Positions 19,736-29,077 of a stretch of DNA of 64,000 nucleotides are shown one piece after another; position 1 is the first letter of the stretch, and each line of letters starts with the position of its first letter. The notes under the pieces are model-generated. The model was not told the origin of the DNA and ran no database searches. It saw nothing but the letters and a program-made list of their open reading frames with translations. Origin of the DNA: a virus; the IMG/VR virus record IMGVR_UViG_3300026538_000054, positions 1 to 64,000 of that record. One strand, written 5' to 3'. The position numbers and the translations under genes were made by a program.

Positions 19736-21615
19736 TGGGGCCGTCTGCTGATCACCAGGGCCCGAACTGGTTGGGCTACGACTCCAGCTTTCCCAACCCG
19801 TGGTCCGATATCGCCAGTCTGCACATGCCGCAGACTATCCAGCGGGCGCTCTACTACTGCGAGTACGTCGCCAACCAGGATGGGACCTACGCCCAGGCCA
19901 TTAACCGGGTGGTCTCCTACTTCGTCACGGAAGTGGATTGGACGGGCGTCGGCGACGACGAGGCCGACAACTGGCGGAAGTTCTTTGACGAGTCCCTGGA
20001 CATCAAGAACTGGTTGGCGGTCATCGGCAAGGACGCAATCACATACGGCAACTCCTTTTTTTCCGTTCTTCCAGGGTTCAAGCGTTACCTGCGATGCTCT
20101 CGTTGCCATCGGTTCGAGGCGCCTTTGCGCGCCGTCGCCGAGGCGAGAGACCGTCTCAAGTACCGATGGAGCGGCTTCAAGTTCCTTGCCCAGTGTCCGG
20201 CCTGCGGCCACGACGGCGAGATGCAGCATGTGGACCGGAGGGTCTTCGACGAGACGTCATGCCGGGTCAAGCGGTGGTCGCCTCACGACATCGAGATCCT
20301 TTGGGACCCCTTCACCGACGACACCCGGTACGTCTGGAAGATCCCGGAGGAGTACCGGCGCGCGATCAGGAAGGGCGACCTCTTCCACCTGGAGAGGGCC
20401 CCCTGGGAGGTCGTCGAGGCGGTCAGGGACAACCAGCACTTCCTCTTTGAAGACGGATTTGTTTACCACATGCGGGAGTGTGCTCTGGCCGGCATGCGCA
20501 ACCGCGGCTGGGGCATCTCGCGGATGCTCTCCAACTTCCGCCAGACCTGGTACGTGCAGGTCCTGAGGAGGTTCAACGAGGCCATCGCCCTCGACTACGT
20601 CATGCCCTTCCGGCTCTTGACACCGGCCCCTGGCGACAAGCAGGCCGGCACGGACCCGCTCACGAACATGAGCGCTGGCGGCAACGTGGCCCGTATCAAC
20701 TCCATGTTGCGACACAGGAAGCGCGACCCGGCCGCCTGGCACGTGTTGCCCTTCGCCCTGCAGTACCAGGCCCTGGGCGGCGAGGCCAAGCAACTGGCCC
20801 CTGTGGAGTTGATCGCGCAGGGCCAGGAGACGCAACTGGCCAATATCGGCATTCCGATCGAGCTGTGGAAGGGCAGTCTGACCATGCAGACCGCCCCGCC
20901 GGCCATTCGCCTTTTCGAGGCGAGTTGGAGCTCCTTGCCGCACGGCCTCAACGGCGCGCTTCGTTTCTTGAAGCGTGCTGTTGCCCGCATCAGGAACTGG
21001 GAGGAGCCGGACGCCTCGCTCGTGCCGCCGACCCATGCGGACGACCTCACGGCGCAACAGGCGATCCTGCAGCTCATGATGGGCGGGCAGGTGTCCCCCA
21101 CCACGGGCCTGCGCGTCTTGCGGCTGCGCTACCGGGACGAAGCGAAGAAGATACTCGACGACCAGAAGTACCAGGCGGAGCTCCAGGCTCGGTCGCAGAA
21201 GGAGATGGAGAGCGCGGCCCAGATGGAACAGATGGCCAGCCAGCCCGGAGGGGCTGGCCCCGGACAGGCGCAAGGGCAAGGAGGCGGCGCTCCCGCGGAT
21301 CAAGGCGCTCAGGGTGCTCAAGGCGGACAGCAGCCTGCCGGGCCCCAGGGGCAGGCCCTTCAGGACGTCGCCTCGAGCCTCAAGATCGACGAGAACTCGC
21401 CTATCACTCCGCAAGAGATGTTCCAGCGCGCCGACACGGCTGCGTCGCAGTTGCTAGGAATGAGCCCGACCCAGCGCAACAGCGAGCTGCGAAAGATCAA
21501 GCAGTCGAACCCGCATATTCATCCCTACGTGGTCGAGCGGCTGGAGGCCAAGCGACGCGAAGCGTCCAACCAGGGGAGAGAGGCGGTCTTGCAACAGCAG
21601 TACGGCGGTGGATGA
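19735..21615 (+). CDS. putative phage portal protein with zinc-ribbon insertion
   Basis: about 626 aa; D..TYGNSF and GWGIS-type motifs typical of portals; CxxC..CxxC insert; Q/G-rich C-terminus. Confidence 0.5.
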   Translation: MGPSADHQGPNWLGYDSSFPNPWSDIASLHMPQTIQRALYYCEYVANQDGTYAQAINRVVSYFVTEVDWTGVGDDEADNWRKFFDESLDIKNWLAVIGKDAITYGNSFFSVLPGFKRYLRCSRCHRFEAPLRAVAEARDRLKYRWSGFKFLAQCPACGHDGEMQHVDRRVFDETSCRVKRWSPHDIEILWDPFTDDTRYVWKIPEEYRRAIRKGDLFHLERAPWEVVEAVRDNQHFLFEDGFVYHMRECALAGMRNRGWGISRMLSNFRQTWYVQVLRRFNEAIALDYVMPFRLLTPAPGDKQAGTDPLTNMSAGGNVARINSMLRHRKRDPAAWHVLPFALQYQALGGEAKQLAPVELIAQGQETQLANIGIPIELWKGSLTMQTAPPAIRLFEASWSSLPHGLNGALRFLKRAVARIRNWEEPDASLVPPTHADDLTAQQAILQLMMGGQVSPTTGLRVLRLRYRDEAKKILDDQKYQAELQARSQKEMESAAQMEQMASQPGGAGPGQAQGQGGGAPADQGAQGAQGGQQPAGPQGQALQDVASSLKIDENSPITPQEMFQRADTAASQLLGMSPTQRNSELRKIKQSNPHIHPYVVERLEAKRREASNQGREAVLQQQYGGG

Positions 21616-21633
21616 CAGGGCCCTGTCATCCAC
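21608..21633. terminator. perfect 26-bp palindrome at portal stop, followed by T-rich tract
   Basis: GTGGATGACAGGG|CCCTGTCATCCAC. Confidence 0.5.
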
Positions 21634-21823
21634 ACGTTTTGATTTTCCCTTTCTTTGGCACTGTCTGTCTCTCTTTTAGCGCCATACAAAACTTGTTTTC
21701 CGGAAAAGAACGAGTTAGTATGGTTCTGGTCGGTCACATCGGTGCGAACTGGTATACTGGAAATAGTTTCTTTTCACTTTTTAACCGGTCTGTTTCCGCG
21801 AAGCGCGCCAGGAGGCGGTACGG

Positions 21824-22627
21824 ATGTCGGACAGAAAAGCTCGTCCGGAAGGCGATGCCAGAGAGCTGGGCCTGAGTCGTCAAGAGATCGACGACGAATG
21901 CAACGAAATAAGTGACAAGCTGTCCTCCTCCGCCAGGCGGGAGGTCATTGAGCGCCATGCTCTCGCGGCCTACGGCGACCGGCCGCACTTGCGAGGGACG
22001 AAGCAGGAGCATGCCCGGGCAGTAGCCAAGGCGGCCACAAGGCTTGCCGCGCAGGTCTTTGGCTCAGATGAGTCCCTGACCCTGGGCGAAAGGCGCATGA
22101 ACTGTCTGCACGCCGAGATGGCGGGGCTTCTCCACGAGGCCTTGCTCTTTACCGGCCTGACCGGCGACGTCGAGATGCTGGCCGTCACTGACGACCCTTT
22201 GCTCAACAGGCTCATCTGCCGCCTGACGCCGGCCGTGGCCGACCCCGAGCCGATCCGGCTGGATCGATTGCGCAACCGCGTGGGCTTCAGTCAGGTGGCG
22301 CAGGTAGTCAAACTGGCCGACTTGTGCCACGACATGGGCCTGGCCTTGAGGCTGATACGCGAACCTCGTACGGGCTGCTTCGAGAGGTTGCGTCTGCTCT
22401 CCAGGGAGGTGGAGGTCTTCTTGAAGCTGGAGGCCACCAGCACGCCTCAGGGCTTTCGTGATCTGTGGCGCTGCTCAGAGGTCCGAGAGATCGTCGGCTC
22501 CTTACGGCGTAGCAACAAGAAGTTGACGGGCTATCTCGACGACCTGGATGCGCGCGAGAAGAAACGCGAGGTCCGACGCGTGCTGGCCGAGGCCCTGGAT
22601 ACGGACGAGGAGCTGACGAACTACTAG
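21824..22627 (+). CDS. HD-domain-like protein (RelA/SpoT hydrolase-like, HD changed to HE)
   Basis: AGLLHEAL, AQVVKLADLCH. Confidence 0.55.
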   Translation: MSDRKARPEGDARELGLSRQEIDDECNEISDKLSSSARREVIERHALAAYGDRPHLRGTKQEHARAVAKAATRLAAQVFGSDESLTLGERRMNCLHAEMAGLLHEALLFTGLTGDVEMLAVTDDPLLNRLICRLTPAVADPEPIRLDRLRNRVGFSQVAQVVKLADLCHDMGLALRLIREPRTGCFERLRLLSREVEVFLKLEATSTPQGFRDLWRCSEVREIVGSLRRSNKKLTGYLDDLDAREKKREVRRVLAEALDTDEELTNY

Positions 22628-22689
22628 TCCGTTTCAGCCTGCAACATATGTCACAATGAACACTGCAACTTGCACAAAGGTTAGCAGCA

Positions 22690-22920
22690 ATGGCATTCTA
22701 CGTGAAGAGCAACGATTCAGACATGATTGACGATGGCTGGACGATCGAGGACGAAGACGGCGTGGTGCTCGCGCATGTCGAGACCGAGGGCATGGCCGAT
22801 GTGTTGTTGACCTACCTACTGGGTCAGGCGGTCCCGCCCGGCGGTTGGCCGTCTGACTGCGAGATCGCCGACCTGGCCGAAGACTACGAGGAAGACGAGG
22901 AGGAGGAAGAGGATGATTGA
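22690..22920 (+). CDS. small acidic protein
   Basis: ORF with acidic tail. Confidence 0.55.
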   Translation: MAFYVKSNDSDMIDDGWTIEDEDGVVLAHVETEGMADVLLTYLLGQAVPPGGWPSDCEIADLAEDYEEDEEEEEDD

Positions 22921-23272
22921 GCCGGCCCACGAAGTGGTCATCGCGGTCTTCAAGGACCTCTGCGCCCACGCCTATGCCACGGCCAAAGAGAAGGGCTGGT
23001 ACGACCCGCCCAAGACCTTTGGCGAAGAGATGGTCATGCTGCACAGCGAGGTCTCCGAGGCCGTGGAGCTCTACCGCAAGTCGGGCGATCCGGCCCTGGC
23101 GTACCGCTCTCCGGAGGGGAAGCCGGAAGGAGTGCCTGCCGAGCTGGCTGACGTGTTGATCCGTGTTTTTGACCTCTGCGCTCACCACGGTATTGATATC
23201 GGCAAGGCCGTGATCGAGAAGATGTCTTTCAATGAGCGCAGGCCCTATCGCCACGGGAAAAAACTACTGTGA
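22913..23272 (+). CDS. MazG-like nucleotide pyrophosphohydrolase
   Basis: HSEVSEAVE, ELADVLIR, EKM.FN..RPYRHG. Confidence 0.8.
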   Translation: MIEPAHEVVIAVFKDLCAHAYATAKEKGWYDPPKTFGEEMVMLHSEVSEAVELYRKSGDPALAYRSPEGKPEGVPAELADVLIRVFDLCAHHGIDIGKAVIEKMSFNERRPYRHGKKLL

Positions 23273-23889
23273 CAGGCACCGTTGACCCGTCCTTGCGCGT
23301 CTTGCTGGAATCATGCGGCGAAGAGCCAGGCGAGGCGGTTCACAGGTTGGCTCTTGCTGACTGGCTGGAAGAGATGGGAGGGCGCGATCTTCCAGCCGTC
23401 TTGCGCAAGGAGGCCAGCCCGGACCACAAGGGCCCCCGCCTGGCCCTTGTCCCTTTTGTGGCTTCTATGTCTGGCCCGTCGGTTAGTAGTAAGAAGACCG
23501 TCGTGTCCGTGCGGTGCGCCTACCAGGCGTTTCTTTTTCTGGCCGGCGAGCTGTTTCGCTTTCTTCCCGTCGCCGACGTCAATCTCTACGACTGGCGGCC
23601 CGTCGGTTTTCATGACCTGTTCATGAGCGGAGACCGATGGGTGCTCAACCAGCCTCGGGGCCTTGTGGGCGAGCCTGACGCGCTGATCTGGGAGGACCTG
23701 ATCCGGGCCGCCGGCGCCTCCGTTGACGCTGTTATGGCCACCAGTTGGGTGTTCGACGACCGCGTAAAGGCCATGGTTTGCCGATCCCTGGCGTGTCTCT
23801 ACTACGGTCGGCGCGTCGCGGGGCGGTTGCCGGTGACCTACCCGAACGCCATCTTGCCGATGCTGTTGGAGATCTACCGTGGTGAGTAG
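23269..23889 (+). CDS. TIGR02996-like domain protein
   Basis: EPGEAVHRLALADWLEE N-terminus (planctomycete family). Confidence 0.6.
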   Translation: MTGTVDPSLRVLLESCGEEPGEAVHRLALADWLEEMGGRDLPAVLRKEASPDHKGPRLALVPFVASMSGPSVSSKKTVVSVRCAYQAFLFLAGELFRFLPVADVNLYDWRPVGFHDLFMSGDRWVLNQPRGLVGEPDALIWEDLIRAAGASVDAVMATSWVFDDRVKAMVCRSLACLYYGRRVAGRLPVTYPNAILPMLLEIYRGE

Positions 23890-23946
23890 TCTGGCGCGTC
23901 TGCCTTCGGGGGGTGAAAAGTGCCTACTCGTGACCGCGCGTACAAC

Positions 23947-24099
23947 ATGAACGCCCCGAAGTGCAAGGCTTGTTACGGCCTTGGCGAGGTGCCGCACCAG
24001 CACTTGATGCTGGTGCGGTGCTTGGTGTGTGACGGGACCGGCAACGTGTCTGAAGGTGACGAAGACGAAGAGGGAGGCCCTGATGGACCTGGTACGTGA
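23947..24099 (+). CDS. small DnaJ-type zinc finger protein (not in ORF track)
   Basis: CKACYGLG and CLVCDGTG. Confidence 0.5.
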   Translation: MNAPKCKACYGLGEVPHQHLMLVRCLVCDGTGNVSEGDEDEEGGPDGPGT

Positions 24100-24547
24100 C
24101 TCGAAGATGACCGATGAGATCGAGGCGGCCGTGCGTTGGTGGGTAAGCGCCTTGCGCAGCCCGCACTTTGACAACGGCGACGCGCTTACGAGCGGCCTCG
24201 CCAGGATGGCCGCCTTACAGGTGAGTGTGTCGGAGGAGGCCCTGGCTACGTTCGGTCGCCTTCTCTCGGAGAGGCTGCCGGCTTTCCTTCGGGCTGGCTG
24301 GTGGGACAAGGCCATCGCCGAAAACTGCCAGTCTCTTGGCTCTGCCGCCCGCGTGCTCGTCTGCGACTACGGCCCTGGCGGTCTTCTGCGCGACTGCGCC
24401 AGCGACGCCGGCGTGTCTGGGCTGCGGTTCCCTTTCAAGACCTGTATGCGTATCAACCCCGGCTGCGTTCAGGTAGGTTGCGGTTACCGAGCGCCGTTCG
24501 AGGTGATACACGGTGACGTTCAGCCACGCCAGGACGACGAACCATGA
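24083..24547 (+). CDS. hypothetical protein
   Basis: GGAGG RBS, ORF. Confidence 0.6.
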   Translation: MDLVRDSKMTDEIEAAVRWWVSALRSPHFDNGDALTSGLARMAALQVSVSEEALATFGRLLSERLPAFLRAGWWDKAIAENCQSLGSAARVLVCDYGPGGLLRDCASDAGVSGLRFPFKTCMRINPGCVQVGCGYRAPFEVIHGDVQPRQDDEP

Positions 24548-24616
24548 CCGAGGAGTAATAGTTCTGGCCAACAAGCAGTTTGAGCACCTTTTGGAGGACC
24601 AGTACGATGGCGAACA

Positions 24617-24653
24617 GTCGCAGCATTCAGCCCGCTGCGGAGGGCTTTGGTCC
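24617..24653 (-). repeat. solo diverged CRISPR repeat
   Basis: reverse complement GGACCAAAGCCCTCCGCAGCGGGCTGAATGCTGCGAC. Confidence 0.85.
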
Positions 24654-24786
24654 AGCGGTCATCGTAGCACGTGCTAACTCTGTCGCCCGTCGAAATGAGC
24701 GCTCGCGAGTGGCTGATACAGGTCTGCGAGGCCCACAGGGCCAGGCAGCCATGGCGTCTTGTTGATTCACAGGCAGGTCCTTAACC

Positions 24787-24823
24787 GCGCCAAGGCTCTC
24801 TGCAGCGGACTAAATGCTGCAAA
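24787..24823 (+). repeat. solo diverged CRISPR repeat
   Basis: GCGCCAAGGCTCTCTGCAGCGGACTAAATGCTGCAAA. Confidence 0.7.
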
Positions 24824-24948
24824 ACCAATCGGTCCCACCTTTCAGGCCCCCTCTGTTGCTACCGTACATCCGTTCACAGAGTCAGGGCCTGCGCGGCGGC
24901 GCGGTAGCCGCGGCTGGCGATCCGGCCGACCCATGAAGGAGCGCTATC

Positions 24949-26835
24949 TTGAGCGAACAACTTGACGACACGCCCGAACAACCGAACGAGGTCGAAGAGA
25001 CCAAGAAGAGGAAACAACGCAACAAAGGCAAGCACCCGGCCAGGATCTGGAGCGTCTTCTCCAGATACCTGGTCTCGGGGCGTGAGCACTTCGACAAGCA
25101 GGTGCTCCTGGCCCATCGGTTCAGGAACAAGCTCGTGGAGCTGGAGCTCCAGCGGCGCGCCGCCGCCAACGTCGTGATCGCGCAGGCCTCTTCCGAGCTG
25201 CAGCCTTTGATCGACGCCCTGGCCGCCGCTGAGCAGGTTCTCGAAGTCAGTCTTCAAGAGCTGAAGGCCGTGAGGGCCAAGCACAGGAGAAGGGCTGAAA
25301 GCGCGGCGCAACGAGATGCTGTCACCAACGCGAGGACGGCTAGGAACCAGGCCTCCAAGGCCCTCTCTAAAGCCAGGAAGGACGCCTTCGCTTCCGAGGC
25401 GGCGCAGGTCGGCCTCTGGCTTGCGGAGGAGCACCACTTCCAGGCCGTCCTGGCCGCCCGTCATGCTTTCATCAACGACGGCCTCTACTGGCCGACGGCC
25501 ACGGACGTCCAGGACCGTGCGCGCGCCATGCGAAAGGGTGCCCCTCCCGTCTTCAGGCGGTTCGGCGGCGCGGAGCAAGCGGGCCGCATCGCCGTCCAGA
25601 TCCAGAAGAGCACCGACAAGTCCCAGTCTGAGGGCGGCATCACCTTTGAGGAGGCCTTCTCCTGCTCCCACGGCTTCTTCCGGCTGGAGAAGAAGCCAGG
25701 GCGCGACCCTTTGCCAGAGATCGCCGACCAGCCCGACTACAAGTCCAAACGGCAACAGCTCCTGACCTACGCCCGCGCCTGGCTGCGCGTCGGCTCGGAG
25801 GGCAAGGGCGCCAGGGCCAAGCCCTGCTGGGTCGTCGCCGATGTGCTTCTCACCCGGCAGGCCCCCAAGACGGCGCGGATCGTCCAGGTCTACCTGGACC
25901 ACTCGGTGATCGGCGATCGAGAGCGCTGGCGACTCAGCTTGGTGCTCACCAACCAAGAGGGCTGGCCCAAGCCCAACCGGGCCTCGGGCTGCATGGTCGG
26001 TATTGACCTCGGCTGGCGACTGCTCGATACCGGTGAGCTGCGAGTCGCCTACGCCTGCGGCGCCGATGGACAGCACCACGAGCTGCGGCTGCCCGCCTCC
26101 CTGGTCAAGGTCTGGCGCCGGCCCGATCGCATCCAGCAGGAGAGGGACAACCTCTTCAACGACGTCAAGGCGAGGCTCCTTGAGTGGCTCAAAGGGAGGG
26201 AGGACCTTCCCGACTGGCTCAAGGAGCAAGCGGAGCATCTGCATCTCTGGAAGTCATCCACCAGGCTCTCGCGGCTGGTGGATCACTGGGCCGGTCGAGA
26301 TATCAACTGGTCGAGCCAGAGGCGCATCGCCGGGGACGAGGAGATCCTCGCGTCCTTGCGCGGCTGGGTGAAACGCAACCTCCACCTGCGCGACTACCAG
26401 TATCACGAGCGTGAGCAGTTGGCGGCCCATCGTCTTGATGTCTACAGGAAGTGGGCTGACGGTCTGGCCAGGCTCTACCAGACGGCCGTCCTCGAAGACG
26501 CCGACTGGCGAGACCTAGCGCGACTCCCATCGCCTGAAGACGACGCCGTCAACGAGACCGCGCGCTACAACCAACGCATGGCCTCGCCCGGTCTACTGGC
26601 CTCCGTGATCACGAACATGTTCGCGATCACGAGCAGGGTGGAGTGCGCGAACACCACCAGGGAGTGCTGGCGCTGCGGCCATACGGAGGCGTTCGACGCC
26701 GAGGCGCAGTTGATCAGGGTTTGTCCTGGCTGCGGTGATGCGTGCGACCAAGACGAGAGCGCTGCTCGCGTCCTGCTCGCGAGAGGGCAGGCCCTAAACC
26801 AGTCACAAGTCGCCGAAGCTGCGCCAAGTTCTTGA
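24949..26835 (+). CDS. cas12m: compact type V CRISPR effector, Cas12m (V-M/V-U1)-like
   Basis: 628 aa; LAHRFRNKLVE, LYWPT, GRIAVQIQ, long coiled coil; RuvC-I GIDLGWR, RuvC-II VLED, CxxC-CxxC Zn finger, RuvC-III DQDESAA; directly followed by CRISPR array. Confidence 0.75.
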   Translation: MSEQLDDTPEQPNEVEETKKRKQRNKGKHPARIWSVFSRYLVSGREHFDKQVLLAHRFRNKLVELELQRRAAANVVIAQASSELQPLIDALAAAEQVLEVSLQELKAVRAKHRRRAESAAQRDAVTNARTARNQASKALSKARKDAFASEAAQVGLWLAEEHHFQAVLAARHAFINDGLYWPTATDVQDRARAMRKGAPPVFRRFGGAEQAGRIAVQIQKSTDKSQSEGGITFEEAFSCSHGFFRLEKKPGRDPLPEIADQPDYKSKRQQLLTYARAWLRVGSEGKGARAKPCWVVADVLLTRQAPKTARIVQVYLDHSVIGDRERWRLSLVLTNQEGWPKPNRASGCMVGIDLGWRLLDTGELRVAYACGADGQHHELRLPASLVKVWRRPDRIQQERDNLFNDVKARLLEWLKGREDLPDWLKEQAEHLHLWKSSTRLSRLVDHWAGRDINWSSQRRIAGDEEILASLRGWVKRNLHLRDYQYHEREQLAAHRLDVYRKWADGLARLYQTAVLEDADWRDLARLPSPEDDAVNETARYNQRMASPGLLASVITNMFAITSRVECANTTRECWRCGHTEAFDAEAQLIRVCPGCGDACDQDESAARVLLARGQALNQSQVAEAAPSS

Positions 26836-27015
26836 TAGGCTGGAACTTGCGTCGCTTTTGAGCCAGAAGTGGCGCTCGCGCGACGCAAGTTCCATACTAG
26901 TTAGTGTTTACGGCGGCTACCGTGTAGCAACTTGTCGTAACGGGTCGTCTGGTTGGTAACGCGCTCGCGTGGCTGGTTGTAACCTCTTGTCCTATCGCGT
27001 GCTACGCTACCGAGG
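26836..27015 (+). promoter_or_regulatory. CRISPR leader
   Basis: non-coding, lower GC, GCGCTCGCG repeated at 26872 and 26961; the degenerate repeats are at the far end of the array. Confidence 0.6.
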
Positions 27016-28304
27016 GTGACAAAGCCCTGTGCAGCGGGCTCAAAGCTGCGACGGGTCGTGAGCCGTCTGCTCGAGACGGTCGGCGATCTGGTGACAAAGC
27101 CCTGTGCAGCGGGCTCAAAGCTGCGACTCGCTCATGGTTGCGTTCCTTTCGGTGGACCCGGTGGTGACAAAGCCCTGTGCAGCGGGCTCAAAGCTGCGAC
27201 TACAAGACCTGGATGACGATCTTCCCCAACGTCCCGCAGTGACAAAGCCCTGTGCAGCGGGCTCAAAGCTGCGACGTTGTCCGGCGGCTTCGGCTCGACC
27301 TGGATGATCTCGTGACAAAGCCCTGTGCAGCGGGCTCAATGCTGCGACGTACTATGTACCGGAAAAGGCTCTCGAGGAGGCCGTGTGACAAAGCCCTGTG
27401 CAGCGGGCTCAAAGCTGCGACGGCGGCTGTCTTCGAGTTCGCCTCCGGGAGGAGATGGTGACAAAGCCCTGTGCAGCGGGCTCAAAGCTGCGACTAATGC
27501 TCCTTTAACAGGCGGAACGCTTCTTCCGCCGTGACAAAGCCCTGTGCAGCGGGCTCAAAGCTGCGACAAACCGTGCCGAAAGGTATCCTCATGTCCGATT
27601 CGTGACAAAGCCCTGTGCAGCGGGCTCAAAGCTGCGACGTGCTGCTCGGGCTGCTCGGGCTGCTTGGGCTGCTTGGGGTGACAAAGCCCTGTGCAGCGGG
27701 CTCAAAGCTGCGACCGGCAAGCTGGACGTTCAGCGAGCGGCCGACGTGATGTGACAAAGCCCTGTGCAGCGGGCTCAAAGCTGCGACTAGCTGGCTGCCT
27801 TGCACGACTGCGCAAATGCCCGGAAGTGACAAAGCCCTGTGCAGCGGGCTCAAAGCTGCGACTGGGTGCGCGTTGACCAGGACAACCGCGAGCTGATCGG
27901 TGACAAAGCCCTGTGCAGCGGGCTCAAAGCTGCGACTCCAGCAACTGGGGCCCAGGCCGACCCTCGGGCACATCGTGACAAAGCCCTGTGCAGCGGGCTC
28001 AAAGCTGCGACGACCGGCGTTCCTCAAGTCGCAACACGGCCTTGCCAGGTGACAAAGCCCTGTGCAGCGGGCTCAAAGCTGCGACGCACATGTGTTCTTT
28101 TGTCCCCTGCTTCGCCACCGTGTAACAAAGCCCTGTGCAGCGGGCTCAAAGCTGCGACGGTTGCTGCCGACCGCTTGGTCGCGGAGGAGGTTCGCGTGCC
28201 AAAGCCCTCCCCAGTGGGCTAAAAGCTGCGACCGCCACTCCGTCACTTGAATGCTGTCGGTCTTTTTGTGCCAAAGCCCTACGCAGCGGGCTACAAGCTG
28301 CAAC
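27016..28304 (+). CRISPR. CRISPR array: 18 repeats (37 bp GTGACAAAGCCCTGTGCAGCGGGCTCAAAGCTGCGAC), 17 spacers of 34-39 bp
   Basis: counted directly; last two repeats degenerate. Confidence 0.98.
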
Positions 28305-28335
28305 GACGTGAATCGCTCCCAAACAGGAGTCAGCG

Positions 28336-29052
28336 ATGCCCTTTAAGTCCGAGGCGCAGCGTGGCTGGATGTTTTCAAACCATCCTTCCATGGCCAGGCG
28401 CTGGCAGAAAGAGACGACCTCGGGCAAGAAACTGCCTCGCTACGTCAAGGATAAAGACAGCAAGAAGAGCGCCATGGAGTTGCTGTTCGGCGTGAAGTCG
28501 GCCGAGGACGACGACTCCGAGTCAGGCCCGCCGCCCAACCTGCGAGACGCCGTCGGCTCCGTTACCACGTGCGGCACGTGCAAGCACTTCGACCCCGCTC
28601 AGGCGGCCTGCAGGAAGTACGGTTACCCGGTTGGCGCCGCCATGACCTGTGACGCCTGGGAAGGAAAAGCAAGCCCGTCGATCTCTTTGGGCATGGCCGG
28701 GCCGGCAGCGCCTACTCCCGCGTCCACGCTCGGGATGACATCTCAGGAAGAGACCAAGTCCGCCGCTGACGCAGGCCCCGTCAAGCCCATTCGGCCCGTT
28801 GGCTTCAACAGCGCTTATGGCCCCACGTCTCTCTTCCGTTCTTCCGTAGGGGCCGCTTCTCCTGCGCAAAGAGCAGGCGGTCTTCCTGCTCTACTTGGCC
28901 ACCTGGCGCGCGGCCCGATCGGTCCCTCGTTACCTGCTAATCTGCAACAGGAGCAGAGGCCGGAAGAAGGCCCCGTCACCACGACGAGTGGTGCGCCCCT
29001 GCCTCAGCCGAAACAGCCCGGTCCTTTCCCTTTGCAGGCCCTGCGCGGCTGA
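28336..29052 (+). CDS. phage protein, MPFKSEAQR-type N-terminus plus Cys cluster; putative virion protein
   Basis: MPFKSEAQRGWMFSNHP, CGTCKHF..C..C, KSA motifs. Confidence 0.55.
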   Translation: MPFKSEAQRGWMFSNHPSMARRWQKETTSGKKLPRYVKDKDSKKSAMELLFGVKSAEDDDSESGPPPNLRDAVGSVTTCGTCKHFDPAQAACRKYGYPVGAAMTCDAWEGKASPSISLGMAGPAAPTPASTLGMTSQEETKSAADAGPVKPIRPVGFNSAYGPTSLFRSSVGAASPAQRAGGLPALLGHLARGPIGPSLPANLQQEQRPEEGPVTTTSGAPLPQPKQPGPFPLQALRG

Positions 29053-29077
29053 GGCGCTCGAACAAAAAGGCTATTTC

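Noticed and set aside
24434-24471. Self-target for spacer 3
   Set aside because: Only 24/38 identity and no TTN PAM; at most a homologous gene in another phage.
24949-26835. IS200/IS605 TnpB transposon
   Set aside because: No TnpA or IS ends seen; the protein is larger than typical TnpB, has Cas12m-like N-terminal motifs and abuts a leader plus array.
27016-28303. Short ORFs across the array
   Set aside because: Translations of repeats and spacers.
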